A stretch of 64,000 nucleotides of DNA. It comes from an uncultured Gemmatimonadales bacterium. Lineage in GTDB: Bacteria; Gemmatimonadota; Gemmatimonadetes; Longimicrobiales; RSA9. The position numbers and the translations under genes were made by a program. Positions 30,239 through 39,648 of this stretch are shown in pieces. The notes beneath the pieces were generated by a model. It made no database searches. It had not been told where the DNA came from and saw only the letters and a program-made list of their open reading frames with translations. The stretch is taken from NCBI GenBank assembly GCA_963783305.1, contig CAWAMW010000013.1:32001-96000 (forward strand), given 5' to 3'. Numbering within the stretch: position 1 is the first letter of the stretch; each line of letters begins with the position of its first letter.

Positions 30239-31092
30239 CCGCCACCGAAAAGATTGACGTGCACCAGCAGGTAGTAGAGCTGGTAGACCGCCCGTCGCGT
30301 GGGGTACCCCGGCGCGACGGGCCAGGACGCGTCGTACGCCGCGCGAAACCCGCTGCCGAACCCACCGAACAGCTCCGCCATGGCCAGGTCCACCTCCCGG
30401 TGCCCGTGGTACACGGATGGGTCGATCACGGCCGCGTCGCCCGCCTGCAGCATGAGGACATTGCCGCTCCAGAAATCGCCGTGCAGCAGCGACGGACCGT
30501 CTTCCTCCGCCGGCGAGAGGAGGTCGCTGAGGCGGCTGTAGAGGTCGTCGAAACGTCGTCGGTCCTCCATGCCGAGCAGGCCGCGCTCCTCGGCCCGCCG
30601 GAGCTGCGGCTCGAGTCGCAGCTCACGCCAGAACTCGCTCCAGTCCGACAGCGGCCGGTTATCCTGCGGGAGTGAGCCAATGAAGTTCTGACGCTCGGCT
30701 CCGAAACGGGCGGCGCCGGAGCGATGCAGCGCCGCGAGCCCGCTCCCCAGTCGCTCCCAGCCAGCGCGGGACTCCGCGCCGGGCTCGAGCCACTCCAGCA
30801 GGAGCCACGGCGGAGCGCTGCTGCGCGATACTCCAATGACCTCGGGGACGCGCAGCGCGGCCGCCGCGGCCAGCTCGTGGAGGCCGGCGGCTTCGGCGCC
30901 CAGAAGCGAGTCCGGCAGCTCGCCGTCGAGCCACTTCAGGAAGAAGAGGTCCCCGGCCGCCGTCCGGATGCGCGCCGTGGGGCTGATGCAACCGCCTCCC
31001 ACGGCTTTCACCTCGGTGATCGCGGTGCGCCGCCCGGTCCGTTCCTCGAGAACCGATTCCACCCCGGCCCTCACTTCGGCCGGGACCCTCAT
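30193..31092 (-). CDS. fructosamine kinase family protein
   Basis: GGGCI, LLHGDFWSGN, IDPSVYHGHREVDLAM, LVHVNLFG. Confidence 0.9.
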   Translation of the reverse strand: MRVPAEVRAGVESVLEERTGRRTAITEVKAVGGGCISPTARIRTAAGDLFFLKWLDGELPDSLLGAEAAGLHELAAAAALRVPEVIGVSRSSAPPWLLLEWLEPGAESRAGWERLGSGLAALHRSGAARFGAERQNFIGSLPQDNRPLSDWSEFWRELRLEPQLRRAEERGLLGMEDRRRFDDLYSRLSDLLSPAEEDGPSLLHGDFWSGNVLMLQAGDAAVIDPSVYHGHREVDLAMAELFGGFGSGFRAAYDASWPVAPGYPTRRAVYQLYYLLVHVNLFGGGYVGRTRSALSDAGV

Positions 31093-31129
31093 GGGCCGCG
31101 ACCGCTGTTCGGGGCGCTCGCCCCCCTGG

Positions 31130-31618
31130 TCACAACCCGTGGCGCTCCACGAGGTAGCGCAGGAGACCCCGCGCCGAACGCTCCACGAGGTCGTGCACGT
31201 CCTCGAACCCGTCGGGTCCACCGAAATACGGGTCCGGGACCTCCGTGCCGCCGTCGGCCTCGGGGTCGAACTCCCTCAGCAGGTGGACCTCCGTCTCCGC
31301 AGGGCCGGCGGCGACCAGCCGGTCGACGGCCCGGCGGTTCTCCTCATCCATCACGACGAGGTAATCGAAGGCGGCCACGTCCTCCGGCCGGACCCGCCGG
31401 CTCTCACCCGTCAGCTCCACGCCACGCCGGAACGCGACCTCGGTCGTGCGTGCGTCCGGGGGCGCGCCGTTGTGGTATCCGGACGTCCCGGCCGAATCGA
31501 TTCGAAAGAACGGCTCGAGCTCCGCTTCGACCACCACCTGTCGGAAGAGCGCCTCCGCCAGTGGCGAGCGACAGATGTTGCCGAGGCAGACGAACAACAC
31601 GGAGATCTTGTGCTTCAC
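31130..31618 (-). CDS. low-molecular-weight protein-tyrosine phosphatase
   Basis: VCLGNICRSP P-loop; DSAGT; VPDPY. Confidence 0.93.
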   Translation of the reverse strand: MKHKISVLFVCLGNICRSPLAEALFRQVVVEAELEPFFRIDSAGTSGYHNGAPPDARTTEVAFRRGVELTGESRRVRPEDVAAFDYLVVMDEENRRAVDRLVAAGPAETEVHLLREFDPEADGGTEVPDPYFGGPDGFEDVHDLVERSARGLLRYLVERHGL

Positions 31619-31724
31619 GACTTCGCCCTGTGGGGGTGCGGTGAACGGTGAAAAACGGCGTCACTCGCCTGTCTGTCAAGGCGAATGCCGGCGCGGCACG
31701 AACTCCGCATGTATCTTGCCCGAC

Positions 31725-32963
31725 ATGAGCCGTCCAATACGACCCCGACCGAGTGCACGAGTGAGCCGCCGCCCGCCGCGCCGCCGACGCCCCAGCGCCG
31801 GAGCCGCGCAGCGTCAGGCCAAGGGCCGGCTGCGGCACTTTCGTCAGGCCTCCATGGTCGCGGTGGGCGCCACCAGTCTCCTGATCCTCCTGCTCGGGGG
31901 CCCGGCGACCGGCGGTGCGGAAACCGCGGGTGTGGCAGCCGCCATGTCCCTGCAGGATACCACTCCCCAGGACACGGCTCTGGACGACACCCTGGCGGGC
32001 GATCCTGCCGAGTCGGCGCGCGAGGCCACGGGAACGTTGCGGGAGCTGACCCTCTCCTTCTACAACGCGCTCCCCAAGGTGGGCATTGCGCTGGTGCTCC
32101 TGCTCCTGGCGGGCATTATCGCCAAGCTGGTCCGGATGGCGCTCGGGGCGGTGCTCTCCAGCTGGGAGCGCGCGGAGGCGACATCCGCGCTGGTGGCGAT
32201 CCTTATCTGGCTCCTGGCGCTGGGCGCGGCGCTGAGTGTCGTCGCGGGCGATGCTCGGGCGCTGGTGGGCTCCATCGGGCTCTTCGGTCTGGCGCTCTCG
32301 TGGGCACTACAGACCCCGATCGAGAGCTTCACCGGCTGGCTGCTCAACTCCTTCCGATCCTACTACCGGGTGGGCGACCGAATCGGGGTGGGAGAGGTAT
32401 TCGGCGATGTGGCCCGGATCGATTTCCTCACCACCACGGTGTTCGAGGCAGGCGGACCGGACAAGAACGTGCGCGCGGCGCAGTCGACGGGGGCCCTGAT
32501 CACGTTCCCCAACGCGGAGATCCTCCGGTCGAATGTCATCAACTACACGCGCGACTTCCCGTACGTATACGATGAGCTCACGGTGGGCGTGACGCACGAG
32601 AGTGACATGCGGCTGGCGATCGAGGTGGTGCAGCGGACGGCGATGGAGGTGGTGGGGGAGCGTATGGCCGTGGCGGCGGAGACGTACGCCAGCATGCTCG
32701 AGCGTGCGCATCTCGCCTGGAACGTGGCCACCAAGCCGGAGGTCTACGTCCAGGCCAGGGAGTCATGGACCGACCTGATCATTCGGTACGTGGTCCCGGT
32801 CCGGGAGATGCGGGTATGGTCGAGCCGACTACAGCTGGCGCTGCACGACGCGCTGGCCGAGCCGGAGGTCGCCGACCGGGTCTGGACGGCATACCCACGC
32901 ACGCAGGTGGAGCAGCTCCCGCCGCAGGCCGAGCGGCCACATACGACGAGTGAGATGCCATGA
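31725..32963 (+). CDS. MscS-family mechanosensitive channel (start 31725 or 31854)
   Basis: TM helices; YRVGDRI; GDVARIDFLTT; FPNAEIL..VINY. Confidence 0.85.
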   Translation: MSRPIRPRPSARVSRRPPRRRRPSAGAAQRQAKGRLRHFRQASMVAVGATSLLILLLGGPATGGAETAGVAAAMSLQDTTPQDTALDDTLAGDPAESAREATGTLRELTLSFYNALPKVGIALVLLLLAGIIAKLVRMALGAVLSSWERAEATSALVAILIWLLALGAALSVVAGDARALVGSIGLFGLALSWALQTPIESFTGWLLNSFRSYYRVGDRIGVGEVFGDVARIDFLTTTVFEAGGPDKNVRAAQSTGALITFPNAEILRSNVINYTRDFPYVYDELTVGVTHESDMRLAIEVVQRTAMEVVGERMAVAAETYASMLERAHLAWNVATKPEVYVQARESWTDLIIRYVVPVREMRVWSSRLQLALHDALAEPEVADRVWTAYPRTQVEQLPPQAERPHTTSEMP

Positions 32964-33886
32964 TGCAGCAGTCGAGATGGGGGATAGTGCTGGCTATGAC
33001 GCTGGCCGTGGGGTGCGACACGGCGGCGCCGCCCCCCATCCTGAGCAACAACGTCTGCGACGCGCCATCCGTCGACGTAGCTCTGCCCGCCGGCCTGGAG
33101 GAAACCAGCGGCGTGAGCGCCAGTCGCGCCCATTCCGGCGTGTTCTGGACCCACAACGACTCGGGCAGCGAGCCCGTGATATTCGCGGTGGACGCCACGG
33201 GGGCGGTCCGCGGGCGTGTCCGAATCGACGCAGCCACGAACCGGGACTGGGAGGATATCGCGAGGGGGCCGTGCGAGCCCGGCTCGTCGGAAGACTGCCT
33301 CTTCATCGGCGAGATCGGCGACAACGCGGGACGATACTCGAACGTGGCGGTGTACCGCGTCCCGGAGCCGGACCCGGCTACGGACACGGTGTCGCAGCCC
33401 GCATCGATCTTCCGCTTCACCTACCCGGACGGCCCCCGCGACGCGGAAGCGCTCTACGTCACAGCGGCGGGCATACACGTGGTCAGCAAAGGCCGCAGCG
33501 GCCCCATCGAGCTCTTCCGGCTGCCGCCGCCCTACATGCGGGATTCGACGGTGGCGATCCAGCGCATCCAGCGCCTCGGGCCGCCGCCCACGAGCCTGTC
33601 CGCCCAGGCCACCGCCGCAGCGGTCGATCCCGGCGGCGATCACGTCGTGGTCCGCACCTACGCCGGGCTCCGCTTCTTCAAGGTCGACGGCGATACCCTC
33701 CGCCCCCACGGGCGCGCCGCCGACGGCATCGCAGCCGGACAGCTCCAGGGCGAGGGCGTGGATTACATCGACGACTCCCGACTCGTCCTCACGAGCGAAT
33801 CTCAACCCGGTCGGCCGCCTTCTCTGCTCATCACCACCTGCGATCCGACCCGCCCCCCGCCAGACTCCACCTCAGTCCCCTCCTGA
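32960..33886 (+). CDS. hypothetical beta-propeller-like lipoprotein
   Basis: lipobox AVGC; ETSG, WTHNDSG, DWEDIA, IGDN, DAEAL, QGEG motifs. Confidence 0.7.
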   Translation: MMQQSRWGIVLAMTLAVGCDTAAPPPILSNNVCDAPSVDVALPAGLEETSGVSASRAHSGVFWTHNDSGSEPVIFAVDATGAVRGRVRIDAATNRDWEDIARGPCEPGSSEDCLFIGEIGDNAGRYSNVAVYRVPEPDPATDTVSQPASIFRFTYPDGPRDAEALYVTAAGIHVVSKGRSGPIELFRLPPPYMRDSTVAIQRIQRLGPPPTSLSAQATAAAVDPGGDHVVVRTYAGLRFFKVDGDTLRPHGRAADGIAAGQLQGEGVDYIDDSRLVLTSESQPGRPPSLLITTCDPTRPPPDSTSVPS

Positions 33887-33924
33887 CCGCTCCGGGGGCC
33901 CCCTGACGGACCCTCATCCTCCCG

Positions 33925-33940
33925 CGGAACGGGGATTGCA
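33925..33940 (+). promoter_or_regulatory. sigma-54 promoter candidate
   Basis: CGGAACG-GGGA-TTGCA (GG-N10-GC) upstream of the SLT gene. Confidence 0.5.
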
Positions 33941-33994
33941 CTCTATAAGGGCGAATCCCTCGAATCCTGAGGGAAAAGAAAGGTGGAGCCAGAC

Positions 33995-34891
33995 ATGGTC
34001 GATAACAGCCATAATGACCCAATAGAGCGCGCCGCGGGGCCCTTCCGCGCCCCCCAGAGCAGTGAGCACCCCTGGGAGGCATGGGAGACGAAGCGAGGCC
34101 CCTTCGAGCGCCGGAGCGCGCATCAGCGGCGGTCGCCGTCCTCTGAAGAGGACATTGAAGCGTCCTCCCCAGAGGAGCGCAGGCGCCGGTGGGGACGCCG
34201 GAAGGCCGACGTCCTGTCGACGGAGGCGCGGGGGACGCTCTCGGACCGAAGCCGGTCATTCGTGCGGCGGTTCCGGGAGCCGATCATCGGGCTGACGCTG
34301 GCGGGTGTCGCCGCGCCGCTCATCAACGCGGGTGTAAACCCGCAGGCGGGGATGGACGCAGCTGCCCGGGAGGCAGAGGCAGAGACCGAGGAAGCGGCGG
34401 CCGCGGCGGAGGACCGCGACCTGGAGGGGGAGGTGGGCGACTACTGGGCGGAGTCCGAGAATGAGGTCGTTCGGACCCACACCATCGAGGGCGCCGTAAC
34501 CCGCTGGGGCATCGAGGCGGGGCTGGCCGAAAAGATTTACGACTACGCCGAGAAGAACGAGATCGAGCCGGACCTGGCCTACGGACTGGTGTTCACGGAG
34601 AGCACCTTCCGGGAGCGCGCGGTGAGCCATGTGGGTGCGCGCGGGCTGACGCAGCTGATGCCGCGGACGGCGAAGTGGCTCGACCCGAGCGTGGATTCGC
34701 GGGAGCTGTTCGACGCGGATACCAATCTGGATATCGGCTTCCGATATCTCAGGCAGTTGATCGACAAGTACGACGGGGACGTGGAGAACGCGCTCACGGC
34801 GTACAACCGGGGCCCGGGGACGGTGGACAAGATCCTCAAGCGTGGCGGCAACCCGGATAACGGCTACGCGAAGAAGGTGCTGGCCGGGTAG
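33995..34891 (+). CDS. membrane-anchored lytic transglycosylase (SLT domain)
   Basis: TESTF, GARGLTQLMP, ALTAYNRG. Confidence 0.9.
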   Translation: MVDNSHNDPIERAAGPFRAPQSSEHPWEAWETKRGPFERRSAHQRRSPSSEEDIEASSPEERRRRWGRRKADVLSTEARGTLSDRSRSFVRRFREPIIGLTLAGVAAPLINAGVNPQAGMDAAAREAEAETEEAAAAAEDRDLEGEVGDYWAESENEVVRTHTIEGAVTRWGIEAGLAEKIYDYAEKNEIEPDLAYGLVFTESTFRERAVSHVGARGLTQLMPRTAKWLDPSVDSRELFDADTNLDIGFRYLRQLIDKYDGDVENALTAYNRGPGTVDKILKRGGNPDNGYAKKVLAG

Positions 34892-34934
34892 CAGGCGGCC
34901 GGGGTCAGGAGCTGCCTGGCCCGCCGGATGAAAG

Positions 34935-34978
34935 AAAGAGAGAGCAGTCCTCGTTCGAGGGCTGCTCTCTCTTTTTTT
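34935..34978. terminator. bidirectional intrinsic terminator
   Basis: AAAGAGAGAGCAGTCCTC-GTTC-GAGGGCTGCTCTCTCTTT plus T-run, between convergent genes. Confidence 0.9.
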
Positions 34979-34994
34979 GGGCTCCCCGGGAAGG

Positions 34995-35774
34995 TCAGAT
35001 CTTCCGGAGGCGGATACTGCCGTTCACCGTGGAGAGGCGGAGCTCCGGTCCGCCGTCACCGATGGAGCCGCGGAGGCTCCGCCGCGACACCTTGCCCGTG
35101 ACGAGGATCGGGAAATCGCTGTCGATGCCGCCGTTGACGGTATTGGCGCGGAAATCGGCGTTGAGGCCTTCGGGCATCTCGATGGTGATGCTCCCGTTGA
35201 CCGTCTCGAACTCGACGTCCTCCTCGAAGGAGCTGCGTCCGAGCCGGCAGGTGATGTTGCCATTCACGGTGCTGGCCTCTGCGAAGCCGGAGGTGTAGAC
35301 GTCCACGTTGCCGTTCACCGTTTCCGCCTTGGCATCGGCGCGAAGGCCTTCGGCGTGGATGTCGCCGTTCACCGTCTGGCCGGCGAACTTCACGTTGGCG
35401 GGAACCTGCACGACGAAGTCCACCTGGACGTCGTTGTTGCTGGTGTTGTTGGTCCCACCACCGGGCCGACACTCGTTTTCCTGCCGGGCGTTCCGCGGCG
35501 TGGGATACACGGCGCAGATGGTGACGCCACCGCCGTGCTCCACCACCTCGATCCGCACGCTGGACGGATCACTCCGGCGGCCGTGGCGGTCGGCGACCAC
35601 CCGTACGTTCGCATCGGAGCTGGCTTCGGCGCGCACATCGCCGTTCACGCCCTGTATCTCCACGGTCTGACCCGGTTGAAGGCGACCGCGCCAGTCGAAG
35701 TCGGACCTCTGGCCTACGAGGCCGGTTGCGGCCGCCGCGGTCAGACTCAGGGCAAGCAGGCTGGTCCTGATCAT
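34995..35774 (-). CDS. DUF4097 beta-strand-repeat secreted protein
   Basis: repeated TVNG motifs; signal peptide. Confidence 0.85.
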   Translation of the reverse strand: MIRTSLLALSLTAAAATGLVGQRSDFDWRGRLQPGQTVEIQGVNGDVRAEASSDANVRVVADRHGRRSDPSSVRIEVVEHGGGVTICAVYPTPRNARQENECRPGGGTNNTSNNDVQVDFVVQVPANVKFAGQTVNGDIHAEGLRADAKAETVNGNVDVYTSGFAEASTVNGNITCRLGRSSFEEDVEFETVNGSITIEMPEGLNADFRANTVNGGIDSDFPILVTGKVSRRSLRGSIGDGGPELRLSTVNGSIRLRKI

Positions 35775-35802
35775 ATCCGTGCTCCTTCGGGTGACCGGCC
35801 GG

Positions 35803-36648
35803 TCACGGCCGGCGCAGAAGTATCTCGCCATTGAACGACTCCAGCTCCAGGCGCGCGCCCCCCGCACCGAGCGTAAAGTTGAATTTCTTGTCGCGCGTGG
35901 TACCGGTGAGACGCACCGGGAAGTCGGCGTCGAAGTCACCGTGATAGGTCGACACCGACACCGTGGCGCTGGTGTTTTCCGGAACCGCTACGACCACGTC
36001 GCCGTTGTGGGTGCTGAACACGTAGCTGCCCCGATCGCTGATCGTGCCCTCATAGCCGATGTCGCCGTTGACGGTCGAGGCGCGCGTAGCGGCGGACCGG
36101 ATCCCCCGCATCACGACGTCCCCGTTGGTGGTCTCGACGTAGATGTCACCGCTCACGCCCGTGAGAGTCACATCCTCGTTCACACTCACCACATCGAGCT
36201 TCCCGCGCGCGTTCCGTACCTCGATCCCTCCCTGGATGGAACGAAGGTGCAGCACTCCGCCCCCGCCATCGACGACAATGTCGCCGCCCACGGTCTCGAC
36301 GCTGATCTCCCCCTCCGTCCCGGCCACGCTCACATCGACCTGCATGCCCTCGACGCGGACGTTCATCCAGCGTGGCAGGTCGATCTCGAAATCGGCTTCC
36401 TGGGGCCCACCTCTCCGGGATCGCGGCCGGACGCGCACCGCTGAGCCCGTACGCACCACGTCCAGGCTCTGCTGGCCCTCGAACTCGGCCCGGACCCGGA
36501 TCGCGTCCCGGGCCCATGATCGGATCGTGACCTCGCCACGGAAGTTGTCCACCTCCAGGCGCTCTCCACGCTCCACCTTTATGATCGTGTCCGCCGCCTG
36601 GGGTGGAGCCCCCAGGGCCAGCGCTGCCATCAGTATCGCCGTTATCAT
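35803..36648 (-). CDS. DUF4097 beta-strand-repeat secreted protein
   Basis: repeated T[V/T/H]NGD motifs; signal peptide. Confidence 0.85.
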   Translation of the reverse strand: MITAILMAALALGAPPQAADTIIKVERGERLEVDNFRGEVTIRSWARDAIRVRAEFEGQQSLDVVRTGSAVRVRPRSRRGGPQEADFEIDLPRWMNVRVEGMQVDVSVAGTEGEISVETVGGDIVVDGGGGVLHLRSIQGGIEVRNARGKLDVVSVNEDVTLTGVSGDIYVETTNGDVVMRGIRSAATRASTVNGDIGYEGTISDRGSYVFSTHNGDVVVAVPENTSATVSVSTYHGDFDADFPVRLTGTTRDKKFNFTLGAGGARLELESFNGEILLRRP

Positions 36649-36660
36649 GATCGCCCTGCC

Positions 36661-37347
36661 TCAGCTTTCCGTTTTCCCGATGCTGGTAACCCGCCGGAGC
36701 AGGTCGACCTTCTGCCTCATGGCGCCCGCCAGATGCGTCGTGAGGAACGCGCTGGACGGGTCTTCCGACAGCGCCTGATTCGCCTCCACGATGGCCCGGT
36801 CGATGATCGCCAGGTTCTGCTCGACCACTCGCACTGTCTCCGGGTCCAGATCGGCCTGCCCTGCCGCGAACGCCGCCTCGAGCTCCGAGATCGCCGGCTC
36901 ATACGCCGCCAGGAAGACCACCGGCTGACCCGCGTCCTGCGGCCCCTGCGTCGCCTCGACTCCGGCGGTCCTGACCTCTTCATCCCCCGGGAGCGAGAGC
37001 AGCACACGCGCGGCTCCGGCCGTCAGCAGGACCAGCGCGATGGCCGCGGCAGCGAGCTGCGGCACAGTCACGGAGATCCGCCGCCGCCACGAGATCGGCA
37101 CCACCCGATCAGCCGGGTGACGGGAACGGGGTTCCAGGCGATTCTCGATTCCTGGCCACAGGTCGTGGTCCGGGATCGTTCCCGGAAGGAGCGATGCCTG
37201 CGCCACGATCACGCGGATCTCCTCGAGCGCGCCGGCGCACTCGCCGCACCGGGACAGATGCTCATCGCACGAAACCCGTTCAGCGGCGCTCAGATCCCCG
37301 TCCACGTACTCCGACAGACGGTCGGTCCAGTGCTCGTGCGTCCCCAT
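36661..37347 (-). CDS. zf-HC2 (ZAS) membrane anti-sigma factor
   Basis: LSEYVDGDL..HLSRCGEC; single TM. Confidence 0.85.
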   Translation of the reverse strand: MGTHEHWTDRLSEYVDGDLSAAERVSCDEHLSRCGECAGALEEIRVIVAQASLLPGTIPDHDLWPGIENRLEPRSRHPADRVVPISWRRRISVTVPQLAAAAIALVLLTAGAARVLLSLPGDEEVRTAGVEATQGPQDAGQPVVFLAAYEPAISELEAAFAAGQADLDPETVRVVEQNLAIIDRAIVEANQALSEDPSSAFLTTHLAGAMRQKVDLLRRVTSIGKTES

Positions 37348-37348
37348 T

Positions 37349-37909
37349 CTATGCCCCCAGATGCTGTCGCAGCGCCCTTCGCGCTTCATGGAGCTGCGAC
37401 TTCGATGTTCCCGCCGCTATCCCCAGCATTTCACCAATCTCCCGGTGCTTGTACCCTTCCACGTCGTGGAGCACGAACACCTGCCTGGCCCGGTCGGGCA
37501 GCCGCCCCATCGCCTGGGTCAGGTCCATCCGGTGGTCCGTCCGCTGACGCGGTGCCCGCGCCCGCTCCATCGCCCAATCGTCACGCCTGAACCGGTCCTG
37601 CCGCTTGCCCGCCTTTTCCCGCTTCGCCAGGCAGACGTTGATCGCCAGCCGGTACAGCCAGGTTCCAAACGAGGCCCTGCCCCCGAACAGCTCCAGCTTC
37701 TGCCACGCACGGACGAAGACATCCTGCACCGTATCATCGCACAGCTCCGGCCCTACCATCCGCCCGCACAGCGTGTGGATCCTGGGAACGTGCCGCCGGT
37801 ACAGCCGCTCGAAGGCTCGCGTGTCGCCGGCGATCGCCAGCGCCACGTCTTCCGTGTCCGTAGTCGGCACCCCGGGTTCGGTTGTGTTCATCTCGGCTAG
37901 TCTGGCCAT
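37349..37909 (-). CDS. ECF sigma factor
   Basis: AFERLYRRH, QDVFVRAW, FGTWLYRLAIN, LHDVEGYKHREIG, GTSKSQLH. Confidence 0.92.
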   Translation of the reverse strand: MARLAEMNTTEPGVPTTDTEDVALAIAGDTRAFERLYRRHVPRIHTLCGRMVGPELCDDTVQDVFVRAWQKLELFGGRASFGTWLYRLAINVCLAKREKAGKRQDRFRRDDWAMERARAPRQRTDHRMDLTQAMGRLPDRARQVFVLHDVEGYKHREIGEMLGIAAGTSKSQLHEARRALRQHLGA

Positions 37910-37920
37910 TACACACGGTG

Positions 37921-37947
37921 AGACAGCACGCGGGACGGAAAGGTTGG
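37921..37947 (-). promoter_or_regulatory. putative autoregulatory ECF promoter
   Basis: CCAACCT-N16-GTCT on minus strand, 11 nt before ATG 37909. Confidence 0.55.
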
Positions 37948-38088
37948 AAACGAATGTAGTATTGGCGGCGAGCGCGCCATACCCTCGTGCCGGGAACCCG
38001 GGACCGCGGAAGGCGAGGACGGACCCCCCATACAACAAGGGCCCGTCCGCTTTCCACGGACGGGCCCGGAGCACTGCGGCGGCTTGGC

Positions 38089-38709
38089 CTAGTTGAGCAG
38101 CGGCTCGATCATCTCGGCAAAGCTGGTGCGCGCCCGATGCAGCCGGCTCTTCACCGTACCGAGGTTTACCCCGGTAATGTCGGCGATCTCCTCATAGCTC
38201 TTGCCCTCCAGCTCACGCAGCCGGAAGACCAGCTGATGGTGCTCCGGCAGCTTCGAGACCGTCTTCTCGACCACCTCTTCCAGGTACCGGTTCCGATACA
38301 GCTTGTCCGGCTTCATGTTCGAATCCTCGAACTGCAGCGCGCGGTGGTCCGGCTCCCAGTTCGTGGTGAGCTTCTGGAACAGCACAAGCGGACTCCGCGA
38401 GCGGTTCCGCAGCTCGTTCTTCGCCAGGTTCGAGCAGATCGTGTAGATCCACGTCGAGAACTTCTTGGACTGGTCGAAGCGGTGCAGGTGCCGCGTGACC
38501 CGCACGAACGCCTCCTGCACCAGGTCCTCCGCCCGATCCCCATCGCCCGTCTTGCGGCGGATGAAGTGCACCAGTCGGTCCCGATACCGGTTGTAGAGTT
38601 CGCTGAAGGCCAGTGGATGCCCATCCAGATGGGCCGCCACGAGCTCGCTGTCGCTCATGTCGAGCAGCGACACGGTCTGCTGCTTGTCCTCGGACATCAT
38701 AGTGGCCAT
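38089..38709 (-). CDS. ECF sigma factor (RpoE/SigW-like), no adjacent anti-sigma
   Basis: AEDLVQEAF, FSTWIYTI, SYEEIA, GTVKSRLHRAR. Confidence 0.92.
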   Translation of the reverse strand: MATMMSEDKQQTVSLLDMSDSELVAAHLDGHPLAFSELYNRYRDRLVHFIRRKTGDGDRAEDLVQEAFVRVTRHLHRFDQSKKFSTWIYTICSNLAKNELRNRSRSPLVLFQKLTTNWEPDHRALQFEDSNMKPDKLYRNRYLEEVVEKTVSKLPEHHQLVFRLRELEGKSYEEIADITGVNLGTVKSRLHRARTSFAEMIEPLLN

Positions 38710-38821
38710 TCGCGCCTCCCAATCGTTGGAACAGGGAAGCACCCGCATACGAGTGCTCCCCTGCCGGTCGTTCAAGAAAAAACCGGTTCCAGACCAGCGT
38801 CACGAAACCGGTGAGCGTTCC

Positions 38822-38865
38822 TTCAATCTACATTGAAATATAAGAAGAGGCGCGGACCGATGCAA
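38822..38865 (-). promoter_or_regulatory. sigma70 promoter plus palindromic operator for the ECF gene
   Basis: TTGCAT-N17-TATATT (38865-38837); TTCAAT-CTAC-ATTGAA palindrome 38822-38837. Confidence 0.6.
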
Positions 38866-38930
38866 GGGGTTGTTTCGACTTACGTTGAAATGAGGTAAGA
38901 CGTTGTGCGCCAAGGTTTTGGACGTAGTAT

Positions 38931-39051
38931 GGTCGAGGGTCGATCCCTTCGGTACCCGCGGGCGCGGGGGTTGATGCTCGTGGGTCGCTCCGCGTCCCGG
39001 GGGCCCCGCTGGCGTGGGGGTCGATCGCCCGCGACCGATCGCCTCCCGCCC
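38931..39051 (+). repeat. dispersed intergenic repeat, copy B (longest)
   Basis: GGTCGAGGGTCGATCCCTTCGGT identical to copy C over 23 nt; downstream modules shared with A and C. Confidence 0.8.
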
Positions 39052-39077
39052 CACCGCCAGTTCAGCGATCTGCCGCT

Positions 39078-39602
39078 CTAGGACTCGTCGAGCTCCGGCT
39101 CGAGGGTCATCTGCATGACGCGGCCCTCGAGGCGGCGGTCCCGGCTCTCGACGTTCGCCACATCATCCAGTCGCTCAGCCACCTCATCCAGGACGCGCTG
39201 ACCGTTCTCGGGCCTGCGCATCTCACGGCGACGGAACCGTACGGTGATCCGGACGTGCTTGCCCTTCTTGAGGAAGCGGCGTGCGTTGCGGACCTTGAAG
39301 TCGAGGTCGTGGTCGTCGGTCTTGGGGCGGAACTTCACTTCCTTGAGTTCGTACGTGTGCTGTTTCTTCTTGGCCTCTTTGGCGGCCTTCTGCTGCTCGT
39401 ACTGGTACTTGCCCCAGTCCATGATCCGTACGACGGGGGGGCGGGCCCTGGGGGCCACCTCGACGAGATCGAGGCTGGCTGTTGCGGCGCGCTCCCTGGC
39501 TTCGTCGAGCGGAACGATACCGACCTGCTCGCCTTCCGGGTCGATGAGTCGAACGGGACTGATGCGGATGTCGTCGTTTACGCGGGTTTTGGTCGTGCCT
39601 AT
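39078..39602 (-). CDS. infC: translation initiation factor IF-3, ATA start
   Basis: RVNDDIRISPVRLID, PPVVRIMDWGKY, KEVKFRP; SD AAGGGAGG 5 nt before in-frame ATA. Confidence 0.93.
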   Translation of the reverse strand: MGTTKTRVNDDIRISPVRLIDPEGEQVGIVPLDEARERAATASLDLVEVAPRARPPVVRIMDWGKYQYEQQKAAKEAKKKQHTYELKEVKFRPKTDDHDLDFKVRNARRFLKKGKHVRITVRFRRREMRRPENGQRVLDEVAERLDDVANVESRDRRLEGRVMQMTLEPELDES

Positions 39603-39648
39603 GAGATCCTCCCTTGTGGGGTTGAGTGGTCCACGGGGGAAAGGTGTG

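Noticed and set aside
31694..31710. CGGCACGAACTCCGC sigma-54-like site before MscS
   Set aside because: The -12 element is CCGC rather than TTGC; too weak in high-GC DNA.
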